A stretch of 62,873 nt of DNA from Aestuariivirga sp. (GCA_020252385.1 JADCDC010000149.1:1-62873); one strand, 5' to 3'; shown: positions 23,542 to 32,957, numbered from the stretch's first letter. Notes: generated by a model not told the origin, from the letters alone. Program-made: numbers and translations.

Positions 23542-24899
23542 GGTACCTGTCCCTGTTCAGTGGCATCGAGGCTGCGAGCGTGGCGTGGGAGCCGCTTGGC
23601 TGGGAGTGCGTGGCCGTGGCGGAGGTGGACGCCTTCGCCAGCGCGGTCCTGGCGCACCGCTACCCGTCCGTCCCGAACCTCGGCGACGTGACGAAGATCG
23701 ACGCGGCGGATCTCGCCGCACTGGGTCGCATTGACCTTGTCGTGTTTGGATCGCCCTGCCAGGACCTGTCCGTGGCGGGCAAGAGGGAGGGGCTGGCCGG
23801 TGAGCGCAGCAAACTGTTTCACACTGCCGTCGACATCGTGCGATGGGCAAGGGAGTACTGCGGCTGCCGATGGGCCTTGTGGGAGAACGTCTGCGGAGCC
23901 TTCAGCAGCAACAAGGGACGAGACTTTGCAGCAGTGGTTGGCGAACTGGCGGGTGTCGACGTCCTCGTCCCGCCCAAGGGCTGGGGCACGGAGGGCGCCG
24001 CCGTTGGCACCGAAGGAATGGTCGAGTGGGCCGTGCTGGACGCGCAATGGTTCGGAGTGGCGCAGCGGCGCCGTCGCGTGTTCGCTCTCGCAGACTTTGG
24101 AGACTGGGCCAGTCGACCGCCGGTTCTTCTTGAGCCCCAAAGCCTGCGCGGGGATTCTCCGCCGAGCCGAACGGCGGGGAAAGGCACTTCCGCCGATGTT
24201 GCACCAGGCCTTGTCGCAAGTGGCCGGGGCGTCGAGCGAACCGGAGACACCCGAGGACAAGACCCTGTAGTGGCGGTTCGCAGCATCAGCACCGGAGACG
24301 TGTCCCACTGCCTGAACGCCGGCGGCATGGGGCGGATCGACTACGAGACCGAGACGATGGTCGTCGAGCCCTACACCCTCGCCATTCGCGGACGGGAAGG
24401 TGGCGCAACGCTGGAGGCCCGGCAGGACGGCCTGTCGAACGCCATCCTGACACCTACCGGCGGACGAGCGGGGATTGGCGTCGGGGCGGTTGCGTTTTCC
24501 ATCATGCCGATGAACAGCGGCAAGGACTACAAGGCCCGCGAGACGGACATCGCCCAGCCGATCATGGCGGCGGGCGGCAGGATCGGGAACCAAGGCGGTG
24601 ACGCCGTGGTAGCCTTTGCGCCCGATGTCGCCCGAAGTCTGACCGCTAGACACGACAGCAGCCCCTGTGTGGACCGTGGGATGGAAGTGGTCGCGCAACC
24701 CGGCCTCCAAGTCCGTCGCCTCACCCCCACCGAGTGCGAGCGCCTTCAGGGCTTCCCAGACGGTCATACTTTAATCCCCTTCCGCGGCAAGCCCGCGGCA
24801 GATGGCCCGAGATACAAGGCCCTTGGGAACTCAATGGCAGTTCCTGTCATGTCCTGGGTGGCCAAACAGATCGAAATTGCAGAGAGTGGCTTGACATGA
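23538..24899 (+). CDS. dcm: DNA cytosine-C5 methyltransferase
   Basis: SLFSGIE, GSPCQDLSVAG, ENV, QRRRRVF, RRLTPTECERLQGFPD, YKALGNS. Confidence 0.95.
   Translation: MRYLSLFSGIEAASVAWEPLGWECVAVAEVDAFASAVLAHRYPSVPNLGDVTKIDAADLAALGRIDLVVFGSPCQDLSVAGKREGLAGERSKLFHTAVDIVRWAREYCGCRWALWENVCGAFSSNKGRDFAAVVGELAGVDVLVPPKGWGTEGAAVGTEGMVEWAVLDAQWFGVAQRRRRVFALADFGDWASRPPVLLEPQSLRGDSPPSRTAGKGTSADVAPGLVASGRGVERTGDTRGQDPVVAVRSISTGDVSHCLNAGGMGRIDYETETMVVEPYTLAIRGREGGATLEARQDGLSNAILTPTGGRAGIGVGAVAFSIMPMNSGKDYKARETDIAQPIMAAGGRIGNQGGDAVVAFAPDVARSLTARHDSSPCVDRGMEVVAQPGLQVRRLTPTECERLQGFPDGHTLIPFRGKPAADGPRYKALGNSMAVPVMSWVAKQIEIAESGLT
23926..24270 (+). CDS. Overprinted +1-frame ORF inside the C5 methylase
   Basis: CWTRNGSEW..CSLSQTLETG..FFLSPKACAGILRRAERRGKALPPML..AL reads like a real protein. 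TTG 23926 follows AAGGGA. Start uncertain, frame open from 23731. Confidence 0.6.
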   Translation: MQQWLANWRVSTSSSRPRAGARRAPPLAPKEWSSGPCWTRNGSEWRSGAVACSLSQTLETGPVDRRFFLSPKACAGILRRAERRGKALPPMLHQALSQVAGASSEPETPEDKTL

Positions 24900-25111
24900 T
24901 GACCGGCGAAGAGTTGCGGGAAGCCCGCGAAGACCTTAATCTCACCCGCCAAGAGTTGGCTGACATCCTGCGCTTCGGCGCGAACGGCGAAAGGCGGATC
25001 CGACGCATGGAGCGAGGCGAGATTGAGGTGTCAGGCCCGGTGTCGGTCGTCATTGACGCCCTGCTCGACGGCTGGTCGCCCGAGGACGGCTGGCAGTCGG
25101 ATGACGGCTGA
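24897..25111 (+). CDS. XRE-type HTH protein
   Basis: MTGEELREAREDLNLTRQELADIL...IRRMERGEIEVSGPV. Start at ATG 24896 or 24899, so the start coordinate is approximate. Confidence 0.8.
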
Positions 25112-25349
25112 CGAGGTGGTGGCGCGGCTCACCGGCGAGGCGGCTTACCTGAGCCTCACGCATGGCGTCCTCGTCATGGCCAATGGGCGACGCATCCCGC
25201 TCGTGCGCATGTACGACAAGGACGGGGATCCTACGGTCCACGCCGACGAGGCCGTCACCTTCCTGCTGAACGGCCCGGACTGCGGCGCCCCGAGCGGCTA
25301 CGTCCTGCTACCGTGCGACATGTTCGACCTGCTGGGGACACTGCATTGA
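25101..25349 (+). CDS. Hypothetical protein (82 aa)
   Basis: Fills the gap and its stop overlaps the TerL start. Confidence 0.6.
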   Translation: MTADEVVARLTGEAAYLSLTHGVLVMANGRRIPLVRMYDKDGDPTVHADEAVTFLLNGPDCGAPSGYVLLPCDMFDLLGTLH

Positions 25350-27571
25350 CGTTCACCCGCGAGCAACTGATGGCCCTGTCCAAGGAGGACCTGCTGTTCC
25401 TCGACTGGCAGGCTCGTTGGCACGCGACAGCCCGACCGGACCAGATTCCACCAGAAACCGACTGGACGGAGATGGGTATACAGGCCGGGCGCGGGTACGG
25501 AAAGCAGCTTTGCAAGGAGACGCCGATCCCGACGCCCTCCGGCTGGCGGCGACTTGGCGACTTGGAGGTCGGCGACGAGGTCTTTGACGAGACTGGCGCC
25601 CCGTGCCGCATCGTCGCCACCTACGAGCAGCCCGTCACTCGCGCTTACCGCCTGACTTTTAGCGACGGGGCGACGATCACGGCCTGCGAGGACCACCTGT
25701 GGGTCACGTTTTTGGCCGAGGATCTCGGGGCGATTGACTATCTGCCGGAGGGTTGGGCCAAACTGCCGGCGGCCAAGGTCAGGACGACCGACGAAATCGT
25801 CAAAACCCTGTTCACGGCGGACGGGAAACCGAACCACCGCATCCCGGCCTGCCGGGAACTAAAGTATGCCGACAAAGGCATCGACATCGGGGAGTTGTGG
25901 GCTTTTGGCTTTCGTCTCACCGACACCGCGGACCCCATACCGTCTGAATATCTGCAAACCTCATGGGAGCAGCGGCTGTACCTGTTGAGCGGGCTCTCAA
26001 ACAGGCCGAACCGCGGCCCGGGGGTGGTCTGCAAGTCCGAAACGCAGGCGAAAAGCGTCCTAGAACTCGTCCGCTCCATGGGTATGGTGGTGGCGCCGAT
26101 TGAGGCGCAAAACGGCGAGTATACCGTCCGTTGGGGGTCCATTGGCGACGATCTAGCGGCTTTCCACCGCATGATCGTCGCCGCCGAAGAGGTGGCGCCG
26201 GCGCCCATGCGCTGCCTGACGGTCGACAGCCCGAACAGTATGTTCCTGTGCGGCGAGGCGCTGATCCCGACGCACAACACCCGCATTGGCGCTGAGTGGC
26301 TCGGAAAGAAAGCATACAGGGACACTGAGCGCCTTCCTCATGCAGTAATCGCGCCAACTCTTAATGACGTGCGCTTTACCTGTTTTGAAGGCCATTCCGG
26401 GTTGCTTAACGTCATCCCGCCAGAACTCGTTGAAGACTACAACAAGACTAATCTGCAAATCAAACTTATTAACGGCGTCGCAATCCGGGGATTCAGCGCC
26501 GAGGAGCCGGAGCGCCTGCGCGGTCCCCAATTTGCCGCCTTGTGGGGTGATGAATTGGCGGCTTGGAGCCGTGACGAGGAGACGTGGGACATGGCCATGT
26601 TCGGCCTGCGTCTCGGTCGCCACCCGCAGGTCATGTGGACCTCGACGCCCAAGCCCAAAACCCTGATCCGCAAGCTGACGGAGCCCAAGCCGGGCCGCAT
26701 CATCGTCCGCGGCTCGACCTACGACAACCGGGAGAACCTGGCGCCGTCCTTTTTCGAGGCGCTCAAGAAGTACGAGGGCACCAAACTTGGCCGTCAGGAA
26801 CTGGAAGGCGAACTGATCGACGCCGAGGAGGGCGGCATCATCGCCCGCTCGTGGTTCAAGATGTGGCCGGCCAGCAAGCCGCTGCCCAAGTTCGAGTGGA
26901 TCATCATGTCCCTCGACACGGCCTTCACCGAGCGGACCCTCAACAAGCGCACCCACGACCCCGACCCGTCGGCCTGCGCCGTGTTCGGCATCTTCTGGCA
27001 CGAGGACGTGATGAACGTGCTGGTCCTCGATTGCTGGAGCGACCACCTCGGGATGCCAGACCTCATCACCCGGGTGAAGCGCGAGTTGAACGTGGCCTAC
27101 GGCGATGACGAGGACACCTCGCTCATCAAGCCAATGTTCGGCCCCTCCAAGCCCATGACCAGCGGTCGCAAGCCCGATCTGCTCGTCATCGAGGACAAGG
27201 GCAGCGGCATCAGCCTGCGCCAGTCGCTGTCAAAGGAAGGCATACACGCCTATCCCTACAACCCCGGTCGCGCCGACAAGCTGGCCCGCCTGCACATGGT
27301 AAGCCATCTGTTCGCCCGTGGTTATTTCTGGCTACCCGAAAGCGAAAAGCGGCCCGGCAAGCCGCGCACTTGGACCGAGCCCGCGCTGGACCAACTCTGC
27401 TCATTCCGGGGCGGCGGCTCCATCAAGCACGACGACTTCGTGGACGTTTTCAGTCAGGCCGCGCGCGTAATCATGGACAAGGGCCTGCTTTCCGGTGTAA
27501 AGCGAGAAAGCAAGTCCGTCCGCGAGGCCCCGGCCCCGCCGAAAACTCGCGTGAACCCCTACGCTATCTGA
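25346..27571 (+). CDS. terL: Terminase large subunit containing an intein
   Basis: Walker A AGRGYGK|T split by the intein; LRGPQF, WGDELA, TSTPK, RQELEGE, SLDTA, IEDKGSG, HDDFVD. Confidence 0.95.
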   Translation: MTFTREQLMALSKEDLLFLDWQARWHATARPDQIPPETDWTEMGIQAGRGYGKQLCKETPIPTPSGWRRLGDLEVGDEVFDETGAPCRIVATYEQPVTRAYRLTFSDGATITACEDHLWVTFLAEDLGAIDYLPEGWAKLPAAKVRTTDEIVKTLFTADGKPNHRIPACRELKYADKGIDIGELWAFGFRLTDTADPIPSEYLQTSWEQRLYLLSGLSNRPNRGPGVVCKSETQAKSVLELVRSMGMVVAPIEAQNGEYTVRWGSIGDDLAAFHRMIVAAEEVAPAPMRCLTVDSPNSMFLCGEALIPTHNTRIGAEWLGKKAYRDTERLPHAVIAPTLNDVRFTCFEGHSGLLNVIPPELVEDYNKTNLQIKLINGVAIRGFSAEEPERLRGPQFAALWGDELAAWSRDEETWDMAMFGLRLGRHPQVMWTSTPKPKTLIRKLTEPKPGRIIVRGSTYDNRENLAPSFFEALKKYEGTKLGRQELEGELIDAEEGGIIARSWFKMWPASKPLPKFEWIIMSLDTAFTERTLNKRTHDPDPSACAVFGIFWHEDVMNVLVLDCWSDHLGMPDLITRVKRELNVAYGDDEDTSLIKPMFGPSKPMTSGRKPDLLVIEDKGSGISLRQSLSKEGIHAYPYNPGRADKLARLHMVSHLFARGYFWLPESEKRPGKPRTWTEPALDQLCSFRGGGSIKHDDFVDVFSQAARVIMDKGLLSGVKRESKSVREAPAPPKTRVNPYAI
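25505..26278 (+). mobile_element. Class 3-type intein (258 aa) with a degenerate LAGLIDADG region
   Basis: QLCKETPIPTPSGW...ITACEDHLW...MRCLTVDSPNSMFLCGEALIPTHN followed by +1 Thr; WCT triad present. Confidence 0.9.
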
Positions 27572-27578
27572 GGCCCGC

Positions 27579-30080
27579 ATGGATCCCGAAGACGATCAGC
27601 CGGAAGAGAGCGAGGTTTACGAACTGGAGGACGAGGAGACCGACGTCGTCGACACTGAGGACGGCGGCGCTATCGTCACGCTGGACGAGGACGACAGCGA
27701 CGGGCCGTCTGCGGAGTTCCTCCAGAACCTGGCCGAGACGCTGCCAGACACCGAACTCAAGACGCTGGCCAGCCAAATCCTTGAGTTCGTGGAGCGTGAC
27801 CGGGAGGCTCGGTCCAAGCGCGACGAGCAGTATGAGGAGGGCATCCGGCGCACAGGCCTTGGGGACGACGCTCCCGGCGGGGCGGGTTTCCAAGGGGCCA
27901 GCCGCGTGGTCCACCCGCTGCTGACCGAGGCGTGTGTCGACTTCTCGTCCCGCGCCATCAAGGAGTTGTTCCCGGCGAACGGGCCGGTCAAGGACTTCAT
28001 CCCCGGCAAGGTCACCCGCGACAAGATCGCCAAGGCCCGTCGCAAGACGGCCTACATGAACTGGCAGTTGACGAAGCAGGCGCCGGAGTTCCGCTCGGAA
28101 CTGGAGCAGCTTCTGACGCAGGTGCCGCTGGGCGGGGCGCAATACCTCAAGGTCGGCTGGAAAGAGGCGAAGAACCGCCCCAGCTTCCTGTTCGTCGCTA
28201 TCGACGAGATGCTCATTCCGTTCGCGGCGACCAACTTCTACACGGCGCAGCGCAAGACCCACGTCCAGTACCTGACGCAACTGGACTACGACCAGCGCGT
28301 CAAGTCCGGCATGTATCGCGACGTGGACCTGGTTCCGGTGGGCATGGACCCCGACCGCACCAAGGCGGACGTCGCCAACGACAAGGTCGAGGGGCGCGAG
28401 GAGACCGCGTACAACGAGGACGGCCTGCGCACGGTCTTCGAGGTCCACACTACCGTTGACATCGAGGACGACCGCACGGACGGGCCGGCGCCCTACATCA
28501 TCACGATAGACAAGTCGACGTCCTGCGTCCTGAGCATCTATCGCAACTGGGACGAGGACGACGAGACCGAGGAAGAACTCCAGTGGTTCGTGGAGTTCCC
28601 CTTCGTGCCGTGGCGGGGCGCCTACCCCATCGGCATCACGCACATGATCGGCGGCCTGTCCGCCGCGGCTACGGGCGCTTTGCGGGCGCTCCTAGACTCG
28701 GCGCACATCAGCAACAGTCAGACCATGCTGCAACTGAAGGGCGCAGGCATTGGTGGCCAGACCATCGACATCCAGCCCACGCAAGTGGCGCAGATCGAGG
28801 GCGGCATCGGCGCGGACGACATCCGCAAGGTGGCCATGCCACTGCCGTTCAACCAGCCCTCTGCCGTGTTGTTCCAACTGCTCGGCTTCCTTGTGGAGTC
28901 GGGTAAGGGCGTCGTGCGCACCACCATGGACGACGTGTCCGATGGCAACGCCAACGTGCCCGTCGGCACCACCATGGCGAAGATCGAGCAGGGGATGGTG
29001 GTGTTCAGCGCCATCCACATGCGGCTTCACAACGCCATGGGCCGGTTGCTGGATATCCTGCATCGCCTCAACGGCATGTATCTCGACGACGATGCGCAGG
29101 AGGATGAACTCGGCGAGGAGATCGCGACCCGGGCTGACTTCGCCGGGCCGATGGACGTCATCCCCGTCAGCGACCCCAACATCTTCTCTGAGACCCAGCG
29201 CATCGCGCAAATCCAGACCATCGCCCAGCGGGCGGCGGTCCAGCCGAACCTCTACAACGCCCGCAAGGTGGAGGAGCGGATCCTTGAGACGCTGAAGGTC
29301 CCCAACGCCTCTGACCTGCTGGTGCCGCCCGTCGAGCCCAAGGAGCAGAACGCGGTGGCCGAGAACGTGGCCATGACCATGGGCCGGCCTGTCATCGCCT
29401 TCCCGCAGCAGGACCACATCGCCCACTTGGAGGCGCACCTCGGCTACATGCTGAACCCGGTGCTTGGGGCCAACCGGCTGATCGCCCCGCAGTTCCTGCC
29501 CGGTGTGCTGAACCACATCAAGGAGCACATGGCTCTGTGGTACGCCCAGCAGGTCTACGAGTTGAGCAATCAGGCGACCGGCATGGACATGGGCGACGCC
29601 GTGCGCGAGAACAAGAGCGTGGCGGACAAGCAGTCCTTCGACCGGATGCTGGCGCAAGCGTCGAACACCGTGTCGCAGCGCGCCGCCGAGGCGTTCGGCG
29701 ACATGCCGCCGGTCATCGAGCAGGCCGTGCAGATGCTCCAGTCCCTGTCGCCGCAAGCCCCGCAGGACCCCGCTGTCCAAGCCGCCATGGCCGAGACCGA
29801 GCGTCGGGCGGCGGCGGATCAGGCCAAGGCGCAATACGACGCCCAGCGCCTCCAGATCGAGCAGCAGGACAATCAGGTCGACGCGCAGATGCAGCAGGCC
29901 AAGCTGGAGGCTGAGATGCAGGCCGACCAGATGCAGCAGCAGGCCGAGGACCAGCGGGCTGCGATGGAGATGCAGGCTCGCGTCGCCATGAACGACGCCG
30001 ACAACCAGACGGCCATGTTGCTCGCCCATGTGGGCGGCGACGAGCCGGCGGTGAACCCGAACCCCAACCCCCAGCCCTAG
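27579..30080 (+). CDS. Portal protein
   Basis: 833 aa, directly after TerL; HPLLTEACVDF..ELFP..GPVK, MNWQL and a Gln-rich coiled C-terminal region as in podovirus portals. Confidence 0.9.
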   Translation: MDPEDDQPEESEVYELEDEETDVVDTEDGGAIVTLDEDDSDGPSAEFLQNLAETLPDTELKTLASQILEFVERDREARSKRDEQYEEGIRRTGLGDDAPGGAGFQGASRVVHPLLTEACVDFSSRAIKELFPANGPVKDFIPGKVTRDKIAKARRKTAYMNWQLTKQAPEFRSELEQLLTQVPLGGAQYLKVGWKEAKNRPSFLFVAIDEMLIPFAATNFYTAQRKTHVQYLTQLDYDQRVKSGMYRDVDLVPVGMDPDRTKADVANDKVEGREETAYNEDGLRTVFEVHTTVDIEDDRTDGPAPYIITIDKSTSCVLSIYRNWDEDDETEEELQWFVEFPFVPWRGAYPIGITHMIGGLSAAATGALRALLDSAHISNSQTMLQLKGAGIGGQTIDIQPTQVAQIEGGIGADDIRKVAMPLPFNQPSAVLFQLLGFLVESGKGVVRTTMDDVSDGNANVPVGTTMAKIEQGMVVFSAIHMRLHNAMGRLLDILHRLNGMYLDDDAQEDELGEEIATRADFAGPMDVIPVSDPNIFSETQRIAQIQTIAQRAAVQPNLYNARKVEERILETLKVPNASDLLVPPVEPKEQNAVAENVAMTMGRPVIAFPQQDHIAHLEAHLGYMLNPVLGANRLIAPQFLPGVLNHIKEHMALWYAQQVYELSNQATGMDMGDAVRENKSVADKQSFDRMLAQASNTVSQRAAEAFGDMPPVIEQAVQMLQSLSPQAPQDPAVQAAMAETERRAAADQAKAQYDAQRLQIEQQDNQVDAQMQQAKLEAEMQADQMQQQAEDQRAAMEMQARVAMNDADNQTAMLLAHVGGDEPAVNPNPNPQP

Positions 30081-30093
30081 AGGACATCTCCTG

Positions 30094-30210
30094 ATGGCTA
30101 AAACCCCGACGAACAAGACCAAGGGGCCGATCCCCCAACATCACATGCTGGCGACGACCGGCAAGCCGCGCCCTGACAACGCGCGCAAGGGGCCTCTGCC
30201 GCCCAAATGA
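30094..30210 (+). CDS. Small basic protein (38 aa)
   Basis: GAGGA SD; MAKTPTNKTKGPIPQHHMLATTGK...; ATGA overlap. Confidence 0.55.
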   Translation: MAKTPTNKTKGPIPQHHMLATTGKPRPDNARKGPLPPK

Positions 30211-30401
30211 ATCCCGACACGCTGATCAGGAGGCTGAAGGAGGCGCAAGCTGAACTCGCCCGGGGCCTCCTGATTACGCCTTCTGGGCGAGACGCCTTTG
30301 AGTATGGCCGAGCCGTCGGTCTCTATGAGGGATACGAGAGAACCTGGAACCTGATCGCGAACCTTTTTGAGGAATCGGAACGCGGCAAGTTCGACATCTA
30401 A
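30207..30401 (+). CDS. Hypothetical protein
   Basis: Helical 64 aa protein between portal and GroES. Confidence 0.75.
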   Translation: MNPDTLIRRLKEAQAELARGLLITPSGRDAFEYGRAVGLYEGYERTWNLIANLFEESERGKFDI

Positions 30402-30410
30402 GGAGCACAC

Positions 30411-30839
30411 ATGCAAAGCCTTGCAAACAAGATTACCTTTGACTACGGCACCGTAGACGAGGCGTTTCCGCCTTGCGACCCGCTGGTCAGGCCGTTCGGG
30501 TCACGGGTCTTGGTCCAGTTTCGGACCCCCAAGAAGGTCACGAAGGGCGGCATCTTCCTGACCCCCGAGACCCGTGAGACCGAGCACTACAACACTCAGG
30601 TGGCCAAGGTTCTGGCCGTTGGCGAACTCGCCTTCAAGAACCGCAACACGATGACTGAATGGCCTGAAGGTGCGTGGTGCGCGCCGGGCGATTTTATTCG
30701 CGTCCCGAAGTACGGCGGAGATCGCTGGACGGTGATGACGGATGATGGAGAGGATGAAGCCATCCTCGCCCTGTTCAACGACCTCGACATCCTTGGCCTT
30801 GTGACCGGCGACCCGCTGGCCATCAAGGCCTTCATCTAG
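30411..30839 (+). CDS. groES: GroES-like co-chaperonin
   Basis: PFGSRVLVQ..TKGGIFL..KVLAVG..GDFIRVPKYGG..DLDILG. Confidence 0.88.
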   Translation: MQSLANKITFDYGTVDEAFPPCDPLVRPFGSRVLVQFRTPKKVTKGGIFLTPETRETEHYNTQVAKVLAVGELAFKNRNTMTEWPEGAWCAPGDFIRVPKYGGDRWTVMTDDGEDEAILALFNDLDILGLVTGDPLAIKAFI

Positions 30840-30855
30840 CCTGAAGGAGCCGTTC

Positions 30856-31803
30856 ATGGCTGACGTTATGACCGAAGATGACGACATCGAGATCGTGGAG
30901 GTCGACGAGATCCCCGAGTCCACCGAGGAGCCCGAAGCCGCGGCGCCGGAGCCCGAGGAGCCTGAAGACGAGGACGACGATGAGGACGACGAGCGCCTAG
31001 CGGAGAGCCAGGACGACGCGGAAGACGACATCGTCAACCGCAACCGCGTCAAGCGGCAGAAGCGCCGGCAGGCTCGCAAGCAGGCCCAAGAGCGGCTTGA
31101 GGCCGAGGTCCGCGCCTTGCGCGACATCAACATGGAGTTGGCCCGCAAGGTCAACAACATCGAGGGTGTTCACCTCACGCAGGCCGAGGCCAACCTCGCC
31201 AAGCAGCTTGACGTCGCTCGCGACGAGGTGCGTCAGGCCGAGATGATCATCGCCCGGGCGGTGGAGGCGGGCAACGGCGAGGACGTGGCCGCGGCCATCC
31301 GCCTCCGCGACGAGGCGAAATACCGCGCCGATCAGGTCGCCGCCGAGCAGCAGCGGTTCACCGAGACGCGGCGTGACCCGTCGCCGCCTGTCGACCCGCG
31401 TGTGCGCACCTACGCCACGCAATGGGTGCAGGCCAACCCGTGGTACAACCCGAACGGCAAGGACGAGGCGTCGGTTCTCACCCGCCGCATCGACCAAGGG
31501 CTTCTGGCGGAGGGCTACGACCCGACGACCGAGGGCTACTACCGCGAGTTGACCCGTCGCGTGGAGGCCCGCTTCGGCGGCGCGTCCGCTCCCGCCGAGG
31601 AGCCCGCTCCTGCTCCGCGCAAGAAGGCTCCGCCGATGGGCGCCACCCGCGAGCACACCCCGACTGCTGGCCGCAAAATCCAAGTGCATGTGACGCCGGA
31701 AATCCGCCAATCCCTTGAGGAAGCGGGCTACTGGGACGACCCCGCCATGCGCAACAAGATGCTCCGCCAGATCGCCGAACGGCAGAAGAACACCCCCCGG
31801 TAA
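30856..31803 (+). CDS. Putative capsid scaffolding protein
   Basis: Acidic N-terminus, coiled coil, NPWY motif, position upstream of the capsid gene. Confidence 0.7.
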   Translation: MADVMTEDDDIEIVEVDEIPESTEEPEAAAPEPEEPEDEDDDEDDERLAESQDDAEDDIVNRNRVKRQKRRQARKQAQERLEAEVRALRDINMELARKVNNIEGVHLTQAEANLAKQLDVARDEVRQAEMIIARAVEAGNGEDVAAAIRLRDEAKYRADQVAAEQQRFTETRRDPSPPVDPRVRTYATQWVQANPWYNPNGKDEASVLTRRIDQGLLAEGYDPTTEGYYRELTRRVEARFGGASAPAEEPAPAPRKKAPPMGATREHTPTAGRKIQVHVTPEIRQSLEEAGYWDDPAMRNKMLRQIAERQKNTPR

Positions 31804-31817
31804 AAAAGGACGCGACA

Positions 31818-32357
31818 ATGCTTGAAGATGATGATAGGCTTAAGAAGGAAATCGGTGCTGGACGCCGGTCCCGCGCCTCGGAAGACCGCAATGTCACCGA
31901 GGACCGCGTGAGGACTGATGACGACCGGCTCGCCATGTTCCGTATGCAGATGCACAACGATGCGCTGCCTGACTTGCCTCCGATCCCCGGCTACCACGTG
32001 TGCTGGTTGACGACGACGAACCCCCGCGACAGCATCCATCGCAGGATGATGCTGGGGTACAGCCCGGTGACTGCGGAAGACGCACCCGGTCTGGATTACG
32101 CCACCCAGAAAACGGGTGAGTACGCAGGGATGATCGGCATCAACGAGATGCTCGCGTTCAAACTGCCATTGAACCTCTACGAAGCGTTCATGCAGGAAAA
32201 CCACCACGACGCCCCCGCCCGCGAAGAAGAACGCATGGCCGACACCACCGAGAACCTGGTGGAAGAAGCCAACAGGGCAGGGTCACAGGTGCAGATGGGT
32301 GACGGCACGGCATCGCTTCGCTCCAGTCCTTCCGTCCGTGGGGTCTTCACCTCATAG
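31818..32357 (+). CDS. Head-module hypothetical protein
   Basis: LPPIPGYHVCWL..GYSPV; position in the head operon. Confidence 0.75.
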   Translation: MLEDDDRLKKEIGAGRRSRASEDRNVTEDRVRTDDDRLAMFRMQMHNDALPDLPPIPGYHVCWLTTTNPRDSIHRRMMLGYSPVTAEDAPGLDYATQKTGEYAGMIGINEMLAFKLPLNLYEAFMQENHHDAPAREEERMADTTENLVEEANRAGSQVQMGDGTASLRSSPSVRGVFTS

Positions 32358-32396
32358 GGCGGGTCCATAAACCCACTCGAATGAGGTAAGACGCAT

Positions 32397-32957
32397 ATGC
32401 CCGCGACTTCCCAGCCGTTCGGCCTTCGTCCCGTCTACTCTCCCAGCGGCGTGATTCGTCCCGTCGCTATGTCGATCCTGACGGGCTACGGCGTGAACAT
32501 TCTCCAGAACCAGCCGATCAAGATCGGCACCAACGGTACCGTCGAAGCCGCCGCCATCGGTGACCGCTTCGTCGGTACTTTCCAAGGCGTCGAGTTCACC
32601 GACAGCGAGGGGCGCCGCCGCGTGTCCAACCGCTGGGTGGCTTCCACCGCCGCCACCGACATCGTGGCCTACGTCACAGTCGATCCGACCATCGTCTACG
32701 AAATCCAGTCCTCGGCGACCATCGCCGTGTCCGACATCGGATCGCAGGCGGACTACACGGTCATCACCGCTGGCTCCACCGTCACTGGCCTGTCGCAGCT
32801 TATGCTCGACGCCGCCACGCTGACGCCGTCCGCCAATGCGGCGCTGCGGATCATCAACGCCTCGCCCGGTCCCGACAATGCGTTCGGGGACGCCTTCGTC
32901 ATTCTTCAGGTCCAGATCGCCGAACACCAGTTCGTCGCTGACCGCGTTGCCTTCTAA
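32397..32957 (+). CDS. Putative capsid decoration/minor head protein
   Basis: PFGLRPV, GTFQGVEF, DPTIVYEIQ; immediately upstream of the major capsid gene. Confidence 0.7.
   Translation: MPATSQPFGLRPVYSPSGVIRPVAMSILTGYGVNILQNQPIKIGTNGTVEAAAIGDRFVGTFQGVEFTDSEGRRRVSNRWVASTAATDIVAYVTVDPTIVYEIQSSATIAVSDIGSQADYTVITAGSTVTGLSQLMLDAATLTPSANAALRIINASPGPDNAFGDAFVILQVQIAEHQFVADRVAF

Noticed and set aside
27564-30122. Long antisense ORFs opposite the portal (and similar ones opposite other genes)
   Set aside because: Expected in high-GC3 DNA; no motifs or SD, unlike the two same-strand overprinted ORFs that were kept.
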